From positions 329 to 64,328 of the forward strand of contig NZ_JAVESI010000016.1 in assembly GCF_034006665.1 (NCBI RefSeq): a stretch of DNA of 64,000 bases. The letters run 5' to 3'. Numbering within the stretch: the stretch's first letter is position 1; every line of letters starts with the position of its first letter. A program made the position numbers and the translations under genes. The notes beneath the pieces are model-generated. The model had not been told where the DNA came from and did not search any database. It was given only the letters and a program-made list of their open reading frames with translations. This DNA comes from Trichloromonas sp. (lineage in GTDB: Bacteria > Desulfobacterota > Desulfuromonadia > Desulfuromonadales > Trichloromonadaceae). Below are positions 19,816 through 28,367 of the stretch, piece by piece.

Positions 19816-19882
19816 TTTATTTTTTAACTTATGATCAGATAGTTTTTTTAGTCGATATTACATATCTATACGACATTAAGTG

Positions 19883-22800
19883 ATGAATAAATATCCTTTT
19901 TTAACTGATATTTCTCTGATGGTGCCAGCTCGGCTAAAGACACCGGAATCATGGGCTGGACATATCCCCTTCGCTTTTTTTTTGGTTGAACAAAGCCGAC
20001 CTGATTCTTTAGTGGAACTTGGGACTCATACCGGTAATTCTTATTTCGCATTTTGTCAGGCAGTTCGAGCAGCTGGTTTGTCGACTCGTTGTTTCGCAGT
20101 AGACACTTGGGAAGGTGATTCTCAGGCAGGCTACTATGGCAATGAAATCTACGTAGACGTTAGTGACTATAATGCTCGTCATTATGCTGACTTTTCTCAG
20201 CTGCTAAGACTTCCTTTTGATCAGGCTGTTACTCATTTCGATGATGGTTCTATCGATTTTCTTCATATCGATGGTCTTCATACTTATCAAGCTGTTCGTC
20301 ACGATTTCGAGTCTTGGTTGCCAAAACTGTCTTCCAGGGCTCTTGTTTTATTTCATGATACTGCAGTTCATCGTGACGACTTTGGCGTTTGGCGCCTTTG
20401 GCAGGAGCTTTCTTGCCGTTACCCCCACCTCCATTTTGAGCACTGCAACGGACTTGGTGTTCTCGCGATAGGGAAGGATCTCCCAGCCAATATTCAGGCG
20501 CTATTTCATGCTTGGACTTTTCCGGAACAGCGCGTGAGATTCGCCCAGCTGTTTGATCGTCTTGGGTTGGCTCTGATGCTGCAGATTCGACTGCATGAAT
20601 GGCAACTTGAGGCCAGGAATCTGCAGCAGATTGCGGAGAATCTGAAACAGGCGGAGCAGATTGCCAGCACTCGCCTTGCTGAACGTGATCACCAGTTGCT
20701 GGAATTGACATCCACTCACGACCGTGAAATGGCTGAGCTGCTGGCCACTCATGAGGGTCGTTTGTCCGATCTGGTCGCCAGCCATGACCGTGAAATGGCT
20801 GAGCTGCTGGCCACCCATGAGCGTCAGTCAGCCCAATATGACCGCCATCTGGCTGAACAGCTTCGCCATATCGAAACCTTGCGCCATCGTATTGATGCTC
20901 TGCTGACCAGCCGCAGTTGGCGCCTGACTGCGCCCCTGCGCTACCTGACCACTAATGGGCGTGTGACCGGTCAGCGCCTGCTTTGGTTTCGCCAGCAGAT
21001 CCATGCTCGTGGTGGTTGGCTGTCTGTTGCTGTCAAGACTCATGCTCTTTGGCGCCGTGAGGGACTGGCTGGCCTGCGTCAGCGCATGCGCCGGCTTCAA
21101 CAGGGAAACCTTCAGCCCCAGTTGACGCCAACCGCACAGGAATCAAACGACAGCGCCACCATACAGAGGGACGCCGCTCCGGCGAGTCGCCCTTACTACC
21201 TTGATCCCGCAGCCACCGTCACCATTGCGCCATATCTCCGAATCGCGGTGCATCTGCATCTGTACTATCCGCAGATGCTGGATGAATTCACCAGTCGCCT
21301 GCAGGCCATGCCGGTTGATTTCGATCTTTATGTCTCCGTGCGACAGAATAGCGACACGACTGTCTTGACCGAACAACTGCGGCGTCAGTTGCCCCGTCTA
21401 GGCCAACTGGTGATCGAAGCCGTGCCCAACCGGGGCCGCGATATCGCCCCTTTTATTGTCCAGTTCGGCCAGCGCCTGCTTCAATACGACCTCATCGCCC
21501 ATTTCCACAGCAAGCAGAGTCCGCACAGCGCCGAGCTGTCCCATTGGTGCGCCGATATTCTCAATCTCCTTCTGGGTACGGCTGAAACAGCCGCCGCAAC
21601 TCAAAGCCAGATTCTGCACCTGCTGCAGCAGGACGCCAAACTGGTGTATCCCGAAGGCCAACGTCAGATTCTCAAGGATCGCAGCGGCTGGGGTGCCAAT
21701 CAATCCATCGCCGAAGAACTGTTGCGACGTTATACTGATGTCTCAATAGCCGATTATCCTGTCGTTGAATTCCCCGAAGGTGCCATGTTCTGGGCGCGAG
21801 CCGAGGCCCTGCGCCCCTTTCTGACGCTGCCGCTGAACTGGCAGGACTTCCCGGCCGAGCCCATTCCCGCCGACGGTACCCTGGCACATGCCCTGGAGCG
21901 TCTCATCCTGATTCTCGCCAACCGCACACCCGGCCGTTTTTATCGCCTGCATCGTGGTGATTCCATTGCCGATTACCGCTATTACGAACCCCAGCAGGAT
22001 TTTTCCGCTCAGATTTGTGATGACATCCGGGTGCTCAGCTATTATCTGCCACAGTTTCATCCTATTCCGGAAAATGATGACTGGCACGGTAAGGGCTTCA
22101 CCGAATGGACCAAGGTGCGTGCCGCCAACCCGCTGTTTGTTGGTCATTACCAGCAGCACATTCCCCATCACGATCTCGGTTATTATCGGCTCGACTCCCC
22201 CGCACCCCTGATGCGGCAGGCCCATATGATGCAGAAGGCCGGCATCCATGGTCAGGTGTTCTACCATTACTGGTTTACGGGCAAGCTGATTCTCGAACAA
22301 CCAGCCCGTCTGCTACTGGAAAACCCCGATATCCCCATGCCGTTCTGCTTCTGCTGGGCCAACGAAAACTGGACCCGCCGCTGGGATGGCAACGAAGATG
22401 CCGTACTTCTTCAGCAAAACTATTCTGCGGCTGATGCCGAAGCTTTTATTCATTACCTGCTGCCCTTTTTCCGCGATTCCCGTTATGTGCGTATCGACAA
22501 CCGGCCGCTGCTGTTCGTTTACCGACCCGCTTCACTGCCCGATCCCCAGCAGTATCTTGCCGTCTGGTCCCAGCAGTGCCAAGCTGCCGGACTCGAACCT
22601 CCTTACGTTGTTGCCGTGTTGACCCGCGGTGCTAATGATCCGCGCACATTTGGCATGGATGCAGGCGTTGAACGTACTCTGCATGACTGGACCGGCGGTG
22701 CTGTTCCCGATATCCGCGACCAGTTACAGCCATATCAACCCCTGCACGGCAGCGTGCTCGATTATGATCAGGTTGCCAGTTTCTATGCCGAACAGCAGCA

Positions 22801-24436
22801 GGCCAAGCCCTACACCTGGTTCCGTTCCCTCGTGCCGATCTGGGACAACAGCGCCCGCTATGGCGCTGAGGCCCTGTTGGTGCATGGCAGCACCCCCGCG
22901 AGTTTTTCCCATTGGCTCGAGCGCCTCATCAACTACAGCCGCGCCAACCTGCCGGCCGACCGGCGGTTTATCTTGGTCAATGCCTGGAACGAATGGGCCG
23001 AAGGTGCGCACCTTGAACCGGACAGCCGCTATGGCTATGCCTATCTCAATGCTGTTGGTCGCACCCTCGCCGGGTTGCCCTACGGCATTGATCGTACCAT
23101 TCGCTGTAAACTGCTGCCGGATACTGTCGTTCGTATAGACCTGCTGCCTGATGTCTGGTCCAGTTTGCAAGCAGATACCCGCCTACATGATCGCTTCGTT
23201 GCTGCTTTGACTCAATCGAGCCTGTTTGACCTCTGCAGAATAAGTTTTGCTCAGCCTGAACTTGAGGCTGCTGTTCAGGCGGCCAGAGCTATTCGACAAA
23301 GCCCTCAAGCGGCAAGAAAGACATCGCCTCCCGAGTCTGCGCCCGACTATCTTTTTCAGTTTCGTCGGCTGGCCTTGGTCTTGCCCGACACCCTCGAAAA
23401 CATGCTGTATACGGCTATGCATCTGCCCGGCCAGATCCTGTTGTCCAACGCCTACGATCCTTTTGGGTCCCTGCCGCAGCCCACCGAAAACGGCTCCGTC
23501 GACAGCGCCACCGCCGAGCAGGCTCCGTTGCTGTTGTTTCCCGTCGCAGCTGCTCCCTGCGATTATAAAAATTACCGCCTGCGGACAGATGCTCACAGTT
23601 TTGTCACCCGGCCAGACAGCCGGCCCGTCGCCGAGTTGCCCCAAGTGACCACCATCCTGCGCTTCCACCGCCAGGGCGATCTGGCCCTGTTGCAGCAGGC
23701 GCTCTACAGCCTCGCGGCCATGCACGATTGCCAAGTCATTCCGCTGCTCGCTGTGCAGGATCTCTCGCCCGAGCAGACCCAAACACTTGATGCCCTGGTT
23801 GCCCGGTTACCTTGGCCGGCTGGCAGGCTGGCCCGTATCCTGCATTTTCACTCCGACAATGGTCAGGGGGATTTGCGTGCCCGGATGCTCAATCAGGCCC
23901 TGCAGTCGGTCACTACCCGTTATGCCGCCTTTCTTGATTACGATGATCGTCTGTTCTGCCATGCCTACGCCTGGCTGCTCGACCGCCTGCGCCAGACCGG
24001 CAAGGCCGTCACCTTCGGCCGGGTTTATTCCACCAGCTTTGATCCCAACACCGGTCAGCTGACCGGCCGTAAGCGCGAGTTTACCCACGGTCGCTGCTAT
24101 GAGGATTTTGTCAGCTGCAATCCCGCGCCACTGCATAGCTTCCTGCTTGATCTCGATCAGCTCGACCTTTCGTGTCTGGTCTGGCATGATGAACAGCGTT
24201 ATCTCGAAGATTATTATCTCACCCTGCAACTGATCACGTGCGACAACACCGACTGGCACAGCCTTGAACTTGATCACTACATTGGTGACTATCTTCATGG
24301 CACCTCCGGCGGCAATACCCTTGCCGTCGATTCCTCCGCTAACCGTGCTGATATCATTTCCAGTCCACTGTACCGGGAGTGCCAGGAACGGATCGATCAA
24401 TTACGCGTCCAACGGGTTGCGGTCAGTTCTCGATGA
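19883..24436 (+). CDS. Multidomain O-antigen biosynthesis protein: methyltransferase, coiled coil, RgpF-like, WbsX-like and GT2-like glycosyltransferase modules
   Basis: LVELGTHTGNSYF...FLHIDGLHTY; SRSWRLTAPLRYL; VPNRGRDIAPF...HFHSKQSPH; YYLPQFHPIPENDDWHGKGFTEWT...NAWNEWAEGAHLEPD; AAFLDYDDRLF. Confidence 0.75.
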   Translation: MNKYPFLTDISLMVPARLKTPESWAGHIPFAFFLVEQSRPDSLVELGTHTGNSYFAFCQAVRAAGLSTRCFAVDTWEGDSQAGYYGNEIYVDVSDYNARHYADFSQLLRLPFDQAVTHFDDGSIDFLHIDGLHTYQAVRHDFESWLPKLSSRALVLFHDTAVHRDDFGVWRLWQELSCRYPHLHFEHCNGLGVLAIGKDLPANIQALFHAWTFPEQRVRFAQLFDRLGLALMLQIRLHEWQLEARNLQQIAENLKQAEQIASTRLAERDHQLLELTSTHDREMAELLATHEGRLSDLVASHDREMAELLATHERQSAQYDRHLAEQLRHIETLRHRIDALLTSRSWRLTAPLRYLTTNGRVTGQRLLWFRQQIHARGGWLSVAVKTHALWRREGLAGLRQRMRRLQQGNLQPQLTPTAQESNDSATIQRDAAPASRPYYLDPAATVTIAPYLRIAVHLHLYYPQMLDEFTSRLQAMPVDFDLYVSVRQNSDTTVLTEQLRRQLPRLGQLVIEAVPNRGRDIAPFIVQFGQRLLQYDLIAHFHSKQSPHSAELSHWCADILNLLLGTAETAAATQSQILHLLQQDAKLVYPEGQRQILKDRSGWGANQSIAEELLRRYTDVSIADYPVVEFPEGAMFWARAEALRPFLTLPLNWQDFPAEPIPADGTLAHALERLILILANRTPGRFYRLHRGDSIADYRYYEPQQDFSAQICDDIRVLSYYLPQFHPIPENDDWHGKGFTEWTKVRAANPLFVGHYQQHIPHHDLGYYRLDSPAPLMRQAHMMQKAGIHGQVFYHYWFTGKLILEQPARLLLENPDIPMPFCFCWANENWTRRWDGNEDAVLLQQNYSAADAEAFIHYLLPFFRDSRYVRIDNRPLLFVYRPASLPDPQQYLAVWSQQCQAAGLEPPYVVAVLTRGANDPRTFGMDAGVERTLHDWTGGAVPDIRDQLQPYQPLHGSVLDYDQVASFYAEQQQAKPYTWFRSLVPIWDNSARYGAEALLVHGSTPASFSHWLERLINYSRANLPADRRFILVNAWNEWAEGAHLEPDSRYGYAYLNAVGRTLAGLPYGIDRTIRCKLLPDTVVRIDLLPDVWSSLQADTRLHDRFVAALTQSSLFDLCRISFAQPELEAAVQAARAIRQSPQAARKTSPPESAPDYLFQFRRLALVLPDTLENMLYTAMHLPGQILLSNAYDPFGSLPQPTENGSVDSATAEQAPLLLFPVAAAPCDYKNYRLRTDAHSFVTRPDSRPVAELPQVTTILRFHRQGDLALLQQALYSLAAMHDCQVIPLLAVQDLSPEQTQTLDALVARLPWPAGRLARILHFHSDNGQGDLRARMLNQALQSVTTRYAAFLDYDDRLFCHAYAWLLDRLRQTGKAVTFGRVYSTSFDPNTGQLTGRKREFTHGRCYEDFVSCNPAPLHSFLLDLDQLDLSCLVWHDEQRYLEDYYLTLQLITCDNTDWHSLELDHYIGDYLHGTSGGNTLAVDSSANRADIISSPLYRECQERIDQLRVQRVAVSSR
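20717..20821 (+). repeat. 66-bp (22-codon) direct duplication inside the coiled-coil segment
   Basis: 20717-20755 and 20783-20821 are 37/39 identical. Both encode HDREMAELLATHE. Confidence 0.9.
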
Positions 24437-24597
24437 ATCTTAAAGCCATCCGATTGGCCCAAGCCCGGCCGACCGATCAATAAAGATTAGTTGGAGATAA
24501 AATTTCCCGTATTTTCCAGCGCACGATTACCGATTTTTGTCTGACGCTGGTACGCTGCCCGATGATTCGAATCTGAACCGGCAAGGACAGCTTCGGC

Positions 24598-25536
24598 ATG
24601 AAATCAGACTTATTTACCAGCCTTCTTGGAAATGCCTCTGCTCGACGGCAGAGTTGCGTTCTGTTGCTGGTTTTGGCTCTCATACTGCTATTTTCCAACC
24701 CTGCGTCGGCTACACAATCGCTTGGCGTCGCCATCCTTCTGTCTCGCGAGATCGCCCCTTATATTGAAATGGTTGAAGGGCTTGAAGAGGGTCTTCCCGG
24801 TTTGCATCTTCAGCGCTTCTTTCTTGATGAAAGGGGGATCCCCTATAGCCTGGCCGGTCAGTCTCCCTTTTTGGAGCCCCGGTCGTTTGCCGCCATGGTC
24901 GCTGTCGGCCCCGAATCGCTGCGTTATCTTGCCCCCCGTTCCAGATCCACCCCCCTGATTTACGGCATGGTGCTCAATCCCGAAGCGATCTTCTCCGGTT
25001 CCCCTGCGGCCCGTTGCGGCGTCGATCTTAACCTGCCCATTGCCGCGCAGATCAAAGCCCTGCGCCAAGAGTTGCCGAACCTGAAAAGCCTTGGCGTTCT
25101 TTTCGACCCCGCCAACAACCAGGACTGGTTTGACCAGGCCGTCCCCTTGGCCGAAGCGCAAGGTCTGAATCTTTTGGCGTTGCCGGTCAGCCGTAAGTCA
25201 GGTGGGCTCGATATCCCCACCGGCCAAAAACGGCCGGACGCCATTCTTTTCATTCCCGATCGCACCATCATCTCCCGCGCCTTCATCCAGCATGTCATCA
25301 AAGAAGCGGCCTTGCGGCGGATACCGGTGGTGGGTTTTAACAGCTTTTTTCTCGATTCCGGCGCGGCCCTGGCCTTTGTCATCGATTATCGGCAGGTCGG
25401 GCGGCAGGTCGCTTCCCAGGTCACGGCGCTTCTGTCCGGGGGGGGCTGCCGAATTGAATCACCGGAATTCAGTGTCCAGCGCAACCCTCAGGTCTGGCGA
25501 TCCCTCGGATTGCCGGGAGGGGAGGGGACACCGTGA
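24598..25536 (+). CDS. Periplasmic ABC_sub_bind-type (PF04392-like) binding protein, probable sensor accessory
   Basis: Signal peptide. KSLGVLFDPANNQDW...DAILFIPDRTIISRAF...IPVVGFNSFFLDSGAALAF. Confidence 0.65.
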   Translation: MKSDLFTSLLGNASARRQSCVLLLVLALILLFSNPASATQSLGVAILLSREIAPYIEMVEGLEEGLPGLHLQRFFLDERGIPYSLAGQSPFLEPRSFAAMVAVGPESLRYLAPRSRSTPLIYGMVLNPEAIFSGSPAARCGVDLNLPIAAQIKALRQELPNLKSLGVLFDPANNQDWFDQAVPLAEAQGLNLLALPVSRKSGGLDIPTGQKRPDAILFIPDRTIISRAFIQHVIKEAALRRIPVVGFNSFFLDSGAALAFVIDYRQVGRQVASQVTALLSGGGCRIESPEFSVQRNPQVWRSLGLPGGEGTP

Positions 25537-26954
25537 AACTCCCTTATTACAGAAACCTCGGTCTCCATTCCATCCAGGGGAGGTTGACCGCCATCGCTTT
25601 CTTTTTTATCATTGCCACCGCCTTCAGCATGGGGATTGTGGGCTACCGCCTTACCGTTTCCTTTGAAAAACAACGGTTTCACGACCACTTCAGCCTCTTG
25701 GCCGGATATCTGGCGAGCAATGCCGAACTTGGAGTCCTGCTGGAAAACGAACAGATCCTGGCCAGTCTTACCGACACCATGCTGGCCGTCAGTGACGTCT
25801 GCAAGGTCGAAATCGTCGACACTTCCGGTCGGCCCATCATCGTGCGTACCCAACGTACAATCCCCGAGAGCTTTGCGACCGTTAGCGCTCCGGTATTCAG
25901 CCACAGCCTTGGTGGCGAAGAGGCCCTTTTTCTTGAGGGCCGCCCCCAGAACGAGCGCCTCGGCGAGGTGCGCCTCGGTTTTTCCCTCGCCAGTCTCGAC
26001 CAGCTCAAAAGTCGGCTGGCCTTGCGTTATGTCCTGATTTCGCTGTTTCTGTCCTTTGCCCCTATCGGCATGTACTGGACCCTGTCCCGCGCTATCAATG
26101 CTCCCCTCAAAAACCTGCTGACCGTGGCCCGACAGGTTTCGCGCGGCCAGATGGAAGGCCGTGCCGACGGCGGTCGGCTGCACGAAACCCGCACCCTGGC
26201 CCACGCCTTCAACGAAATGCTCAAGGCGCTGGAGTCGCAGCGGCGCGAAATCGCCGCCGCCCATGCGGCCATCGCCCGGCAGCAGGTGCTGGCCGAGGTC
26301 GGAAAGTTCTCTCTGACCGTGGCCCATGAAATCAAGAATCCCCTCGCCATCATCAAGGGGAGTATCGGCATCTTGCGCAAAGAGGGGCCGATCGCGCCGG
26401 AGGTCAAGGTGCGGATGATCGGATTTCTGGATGAGGAGATTGAGCGTATCAACAAACTGGTGGAGGATTTTCTTCTTTTTGCCCGCCCGCGTCCGCCGGC
26501 TTTCAAGGAAATGCCGACCTTCGAACTGGTTGCCAGCCTTGAGCAACGGATCCGGCTCATGGATGAGCGGGTGCAAATTGACAGCCAGATTCCCGATGAC
26601 CGTGCCCTGACCTTGGTCTGTGATCCCGCGCTCCTTGAGCGAGCCGTGCTCAACGTCGTTCGCAATGCCCTCGATGTGGCCGAAAATGTCACACTTCAGA
26701 TTGCTTCTCTCGATGACTTTCTGTTGTTGCGGGTTGTCGATGATGGTCCCGGTTTTGGGGATGTCGATCCCCAGTCCCTGTTCGAGCCGTTTTTTACCAC
26801 CAAGGCTAAAGGAACCGGTCTGGGGCTCGCGATTACCCGGGAGATTGTCGCCGCCCACCAGGGGACGGTCAGCGCCCTGGCCCATCAGCCGCACGGAGCC
26901 TGTTTTGATTTGCAGATCCCCTTGCACCCCGAACTTTTCAGTAAGGAGAACTGA
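25533..26954 (+). CDS. Sensor histidine kinase (TM, HAMP, HisKA, HATPase_c)
   Basis: H-box LTVAHEIKNPLAII, N-box VVRNALDV, G-boxes DDGPGF and GTGLGLAITREIV. GTGA overlap with the upstream gene. Confidence 0.9.
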   Translation: MKLPYYRNLGLHSIQGRLTAIAFFFIIATAFSMGIVGYRLTVSFEKQRFHDHFSLLAGYLASNAELGVLLENEQILASLTDTMLAVSDVCKVEIVDTSGRPIIVRTQRTIPESFATVSAPVFSHSLGGEEALFLEGRPQNERLGEVRLGFSLASLDQLKSRLALRYVLISLFLSFAPIGMYWTLSRAINAPLKNLLTVARQVSRGQMEGRADGGRLHETRTLAHAFNEMLKALESQRREIAAAHAAIARQQVLAEVGKFSLTVAHEIKNPLAIIKGSIGILRKEGPIAPEVKVRMIGFLDEEIERINKLVEDFLLFARPRPPAFKEMPTFELVASLEQRIRLMDERVQIDSQIPDDRALTLVCDPALLERAVLNVVRNALDVAENVTLQIASLDDFLLLRVVDDGPGFGDVDPQSLFEPFFTTKAKGTGLGLAITREIVAAHQGTVSALAHQPHGACFDLQIPLHPELFSKEN

Positions 26955-26960
26955 TTGCCC

Positions 26961-28367
26961 ATGGCCCGGATTTTGATCGTTGACGACGAAGAAAAAATCA
27001 GAGCTATTCTCTCTATTATCCTGATCGGCGCCGGTCACCAGACCGCCGAGGCCGGCAATGGGCGGTTGGCTCTCGAAACCCTCGGCCGGGAACCTTTCGA
27101 TCTGGTCATATCGGATATGCGCATGGATGAGATGGACGGACTCGAACTTCTCGCCGCCATTCGTGAACGGGAACTCGGTTGCCCGGTGGTCTTCGTGACC
27201 GCCTACGCCAATCTCGAATCCGCTGTCGAGGCCCTGCGTCTGGGTGCCGCCGACTTTCTGGTCAAGCCCTTCGAGGAAGAGGCCGTGCTGCTCGCCGTCG
27301 AACGTGCCCTGGGCGTCCGCCGTCTGCTCTCGGAAAACCTTCGTCTCAAGCAGCAGGTCGCCGATCATCGGCCCGAGGGGATTTTTACCTCCGAGTCCAT
27401 GCAAAAGGTGCGGGATCTGGCCCAGCGGGTTGCCGTGAGTGACGCCACGGTGCTTATTACCGGCGAGTCCGGCACCGGCAAGGAAGTCGTGGCCCGCCTG
27501 GTGCACAACAGCAGCCCCCGGGCGAAAGAGCGTTTCGTCGCGGTCAACTGTGCGGCGATCGCTCCCAATCTCATCGAAGCCGAACTTTTCGGCCACGAGC
27601 GGGGCGCGTTTACCGGTGCCGATAAGATGCGTCTCGGTAAGTTTGAATTCGCCGCCGGCGGCACCCTTTTCCTCGATGAAATCGGCGAGCTCCCCCCCGA
27701 GGCCCAGGCCAAGCTGTTGCGGACCTTGCAAGAAAAGACCATCCAGCGGGTCGGCGGCAATGAAGAGCTCCCCGTTACCTGCCGACTGGTCTGCGCGACG
27801 AACCGCGACCTCGCCGCCCTCGTTCGTCAGGGGCTTTTTCGGGAAGATTTGTACTATCGCCTCGAGGTCTTTCCCATTCATTTGCCCCCCTTGCGCGACC
27901 GGCGCGAGGATATCGATGCTTTGGTCGGCTACTGTGTCGAGAAACTCAGCGGAGCGCCTCCCCGCGGGGAACTGCTCACGCCCGCCGCGCAGCGTTTGCT
28001 GCACGAATATCCCTGGCCCGGGAACGTGCGTGAGCTCTTCAATGCAGTCGAGCGCGCCTGCATCCTCAAGGGCGGTTCCGGTCCATTCAATTCCGACGAT
28101 TTCCCCCAACTGGAAGCGGCCAGGCAGCCGCCCGCCCTGGCGGGAGAGCTCTTCCAGTTGCCGCCGGCGGGGATCGATTACGAAGAACTGCAGCGGGTGA
28201 TCGTTCGCCAATCGCTGGAAATGACCGGCAACAACCAGAGCGCCGCAGCCCGCCTGCTGCGGGTCAGCCGGGCGCGCTTCCGCACCCTGCTCGGTCTGCT
28301 CGACGGCGCCGCAAACAGCAAAACCATCCATGTTCAGGTTCGCTACAGGGGGAAACGTGAGGAATAA
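26961..28367 (+). CDS. Sigma-54-dependent response regulator (NtrC family)
   Basis: Receiver ILIVDDEE...DLVISDMRM. AAA+ GESGTGKE, GAFTGA motif (ERGAFTGADK), C-terminal Fis-type HTH NQSAAARLLRVSRARF. Confidence 0.92.
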   Translation: MARILIVDDEEKIRAILSIILIGAGHQTAEAGNGRLALETLGREPFDLVISDMRMDEMDGLELLAAIRERELGCPVVFVTAYANLESAVEALRLGAADFLVKPFEEEAVLLAVERALGVRRLLSENLRLKQQVADHRPEGIFTSESMQKVRDLAQRVAVSDATVLITGESGTGKEVVARLVHNSSPRAKERFVAVNCAAIAPNLIEAELFGHERGAFTGADKMRLGKFEFAAGGTLFLDEIGELPPEAQAKLLRTLQEKTIQRVGGNEELPVTCRLVCATNRDLAALVRQGLFREDLYYRLEVFPIHLPPLRDRREDIDALVGYCVEKLSGAPPRGELLTPAAQRLLHEYPWPGNVRELFNAVERACILKGGSGPFNSDDFPQLEAARQPPALAGELFQLPPAGIDYEELQRVIVRQSLEMTGNNQSAAARLLRVSRARFRTLLGLLDGAANSKTIHVQVRYRGKREE

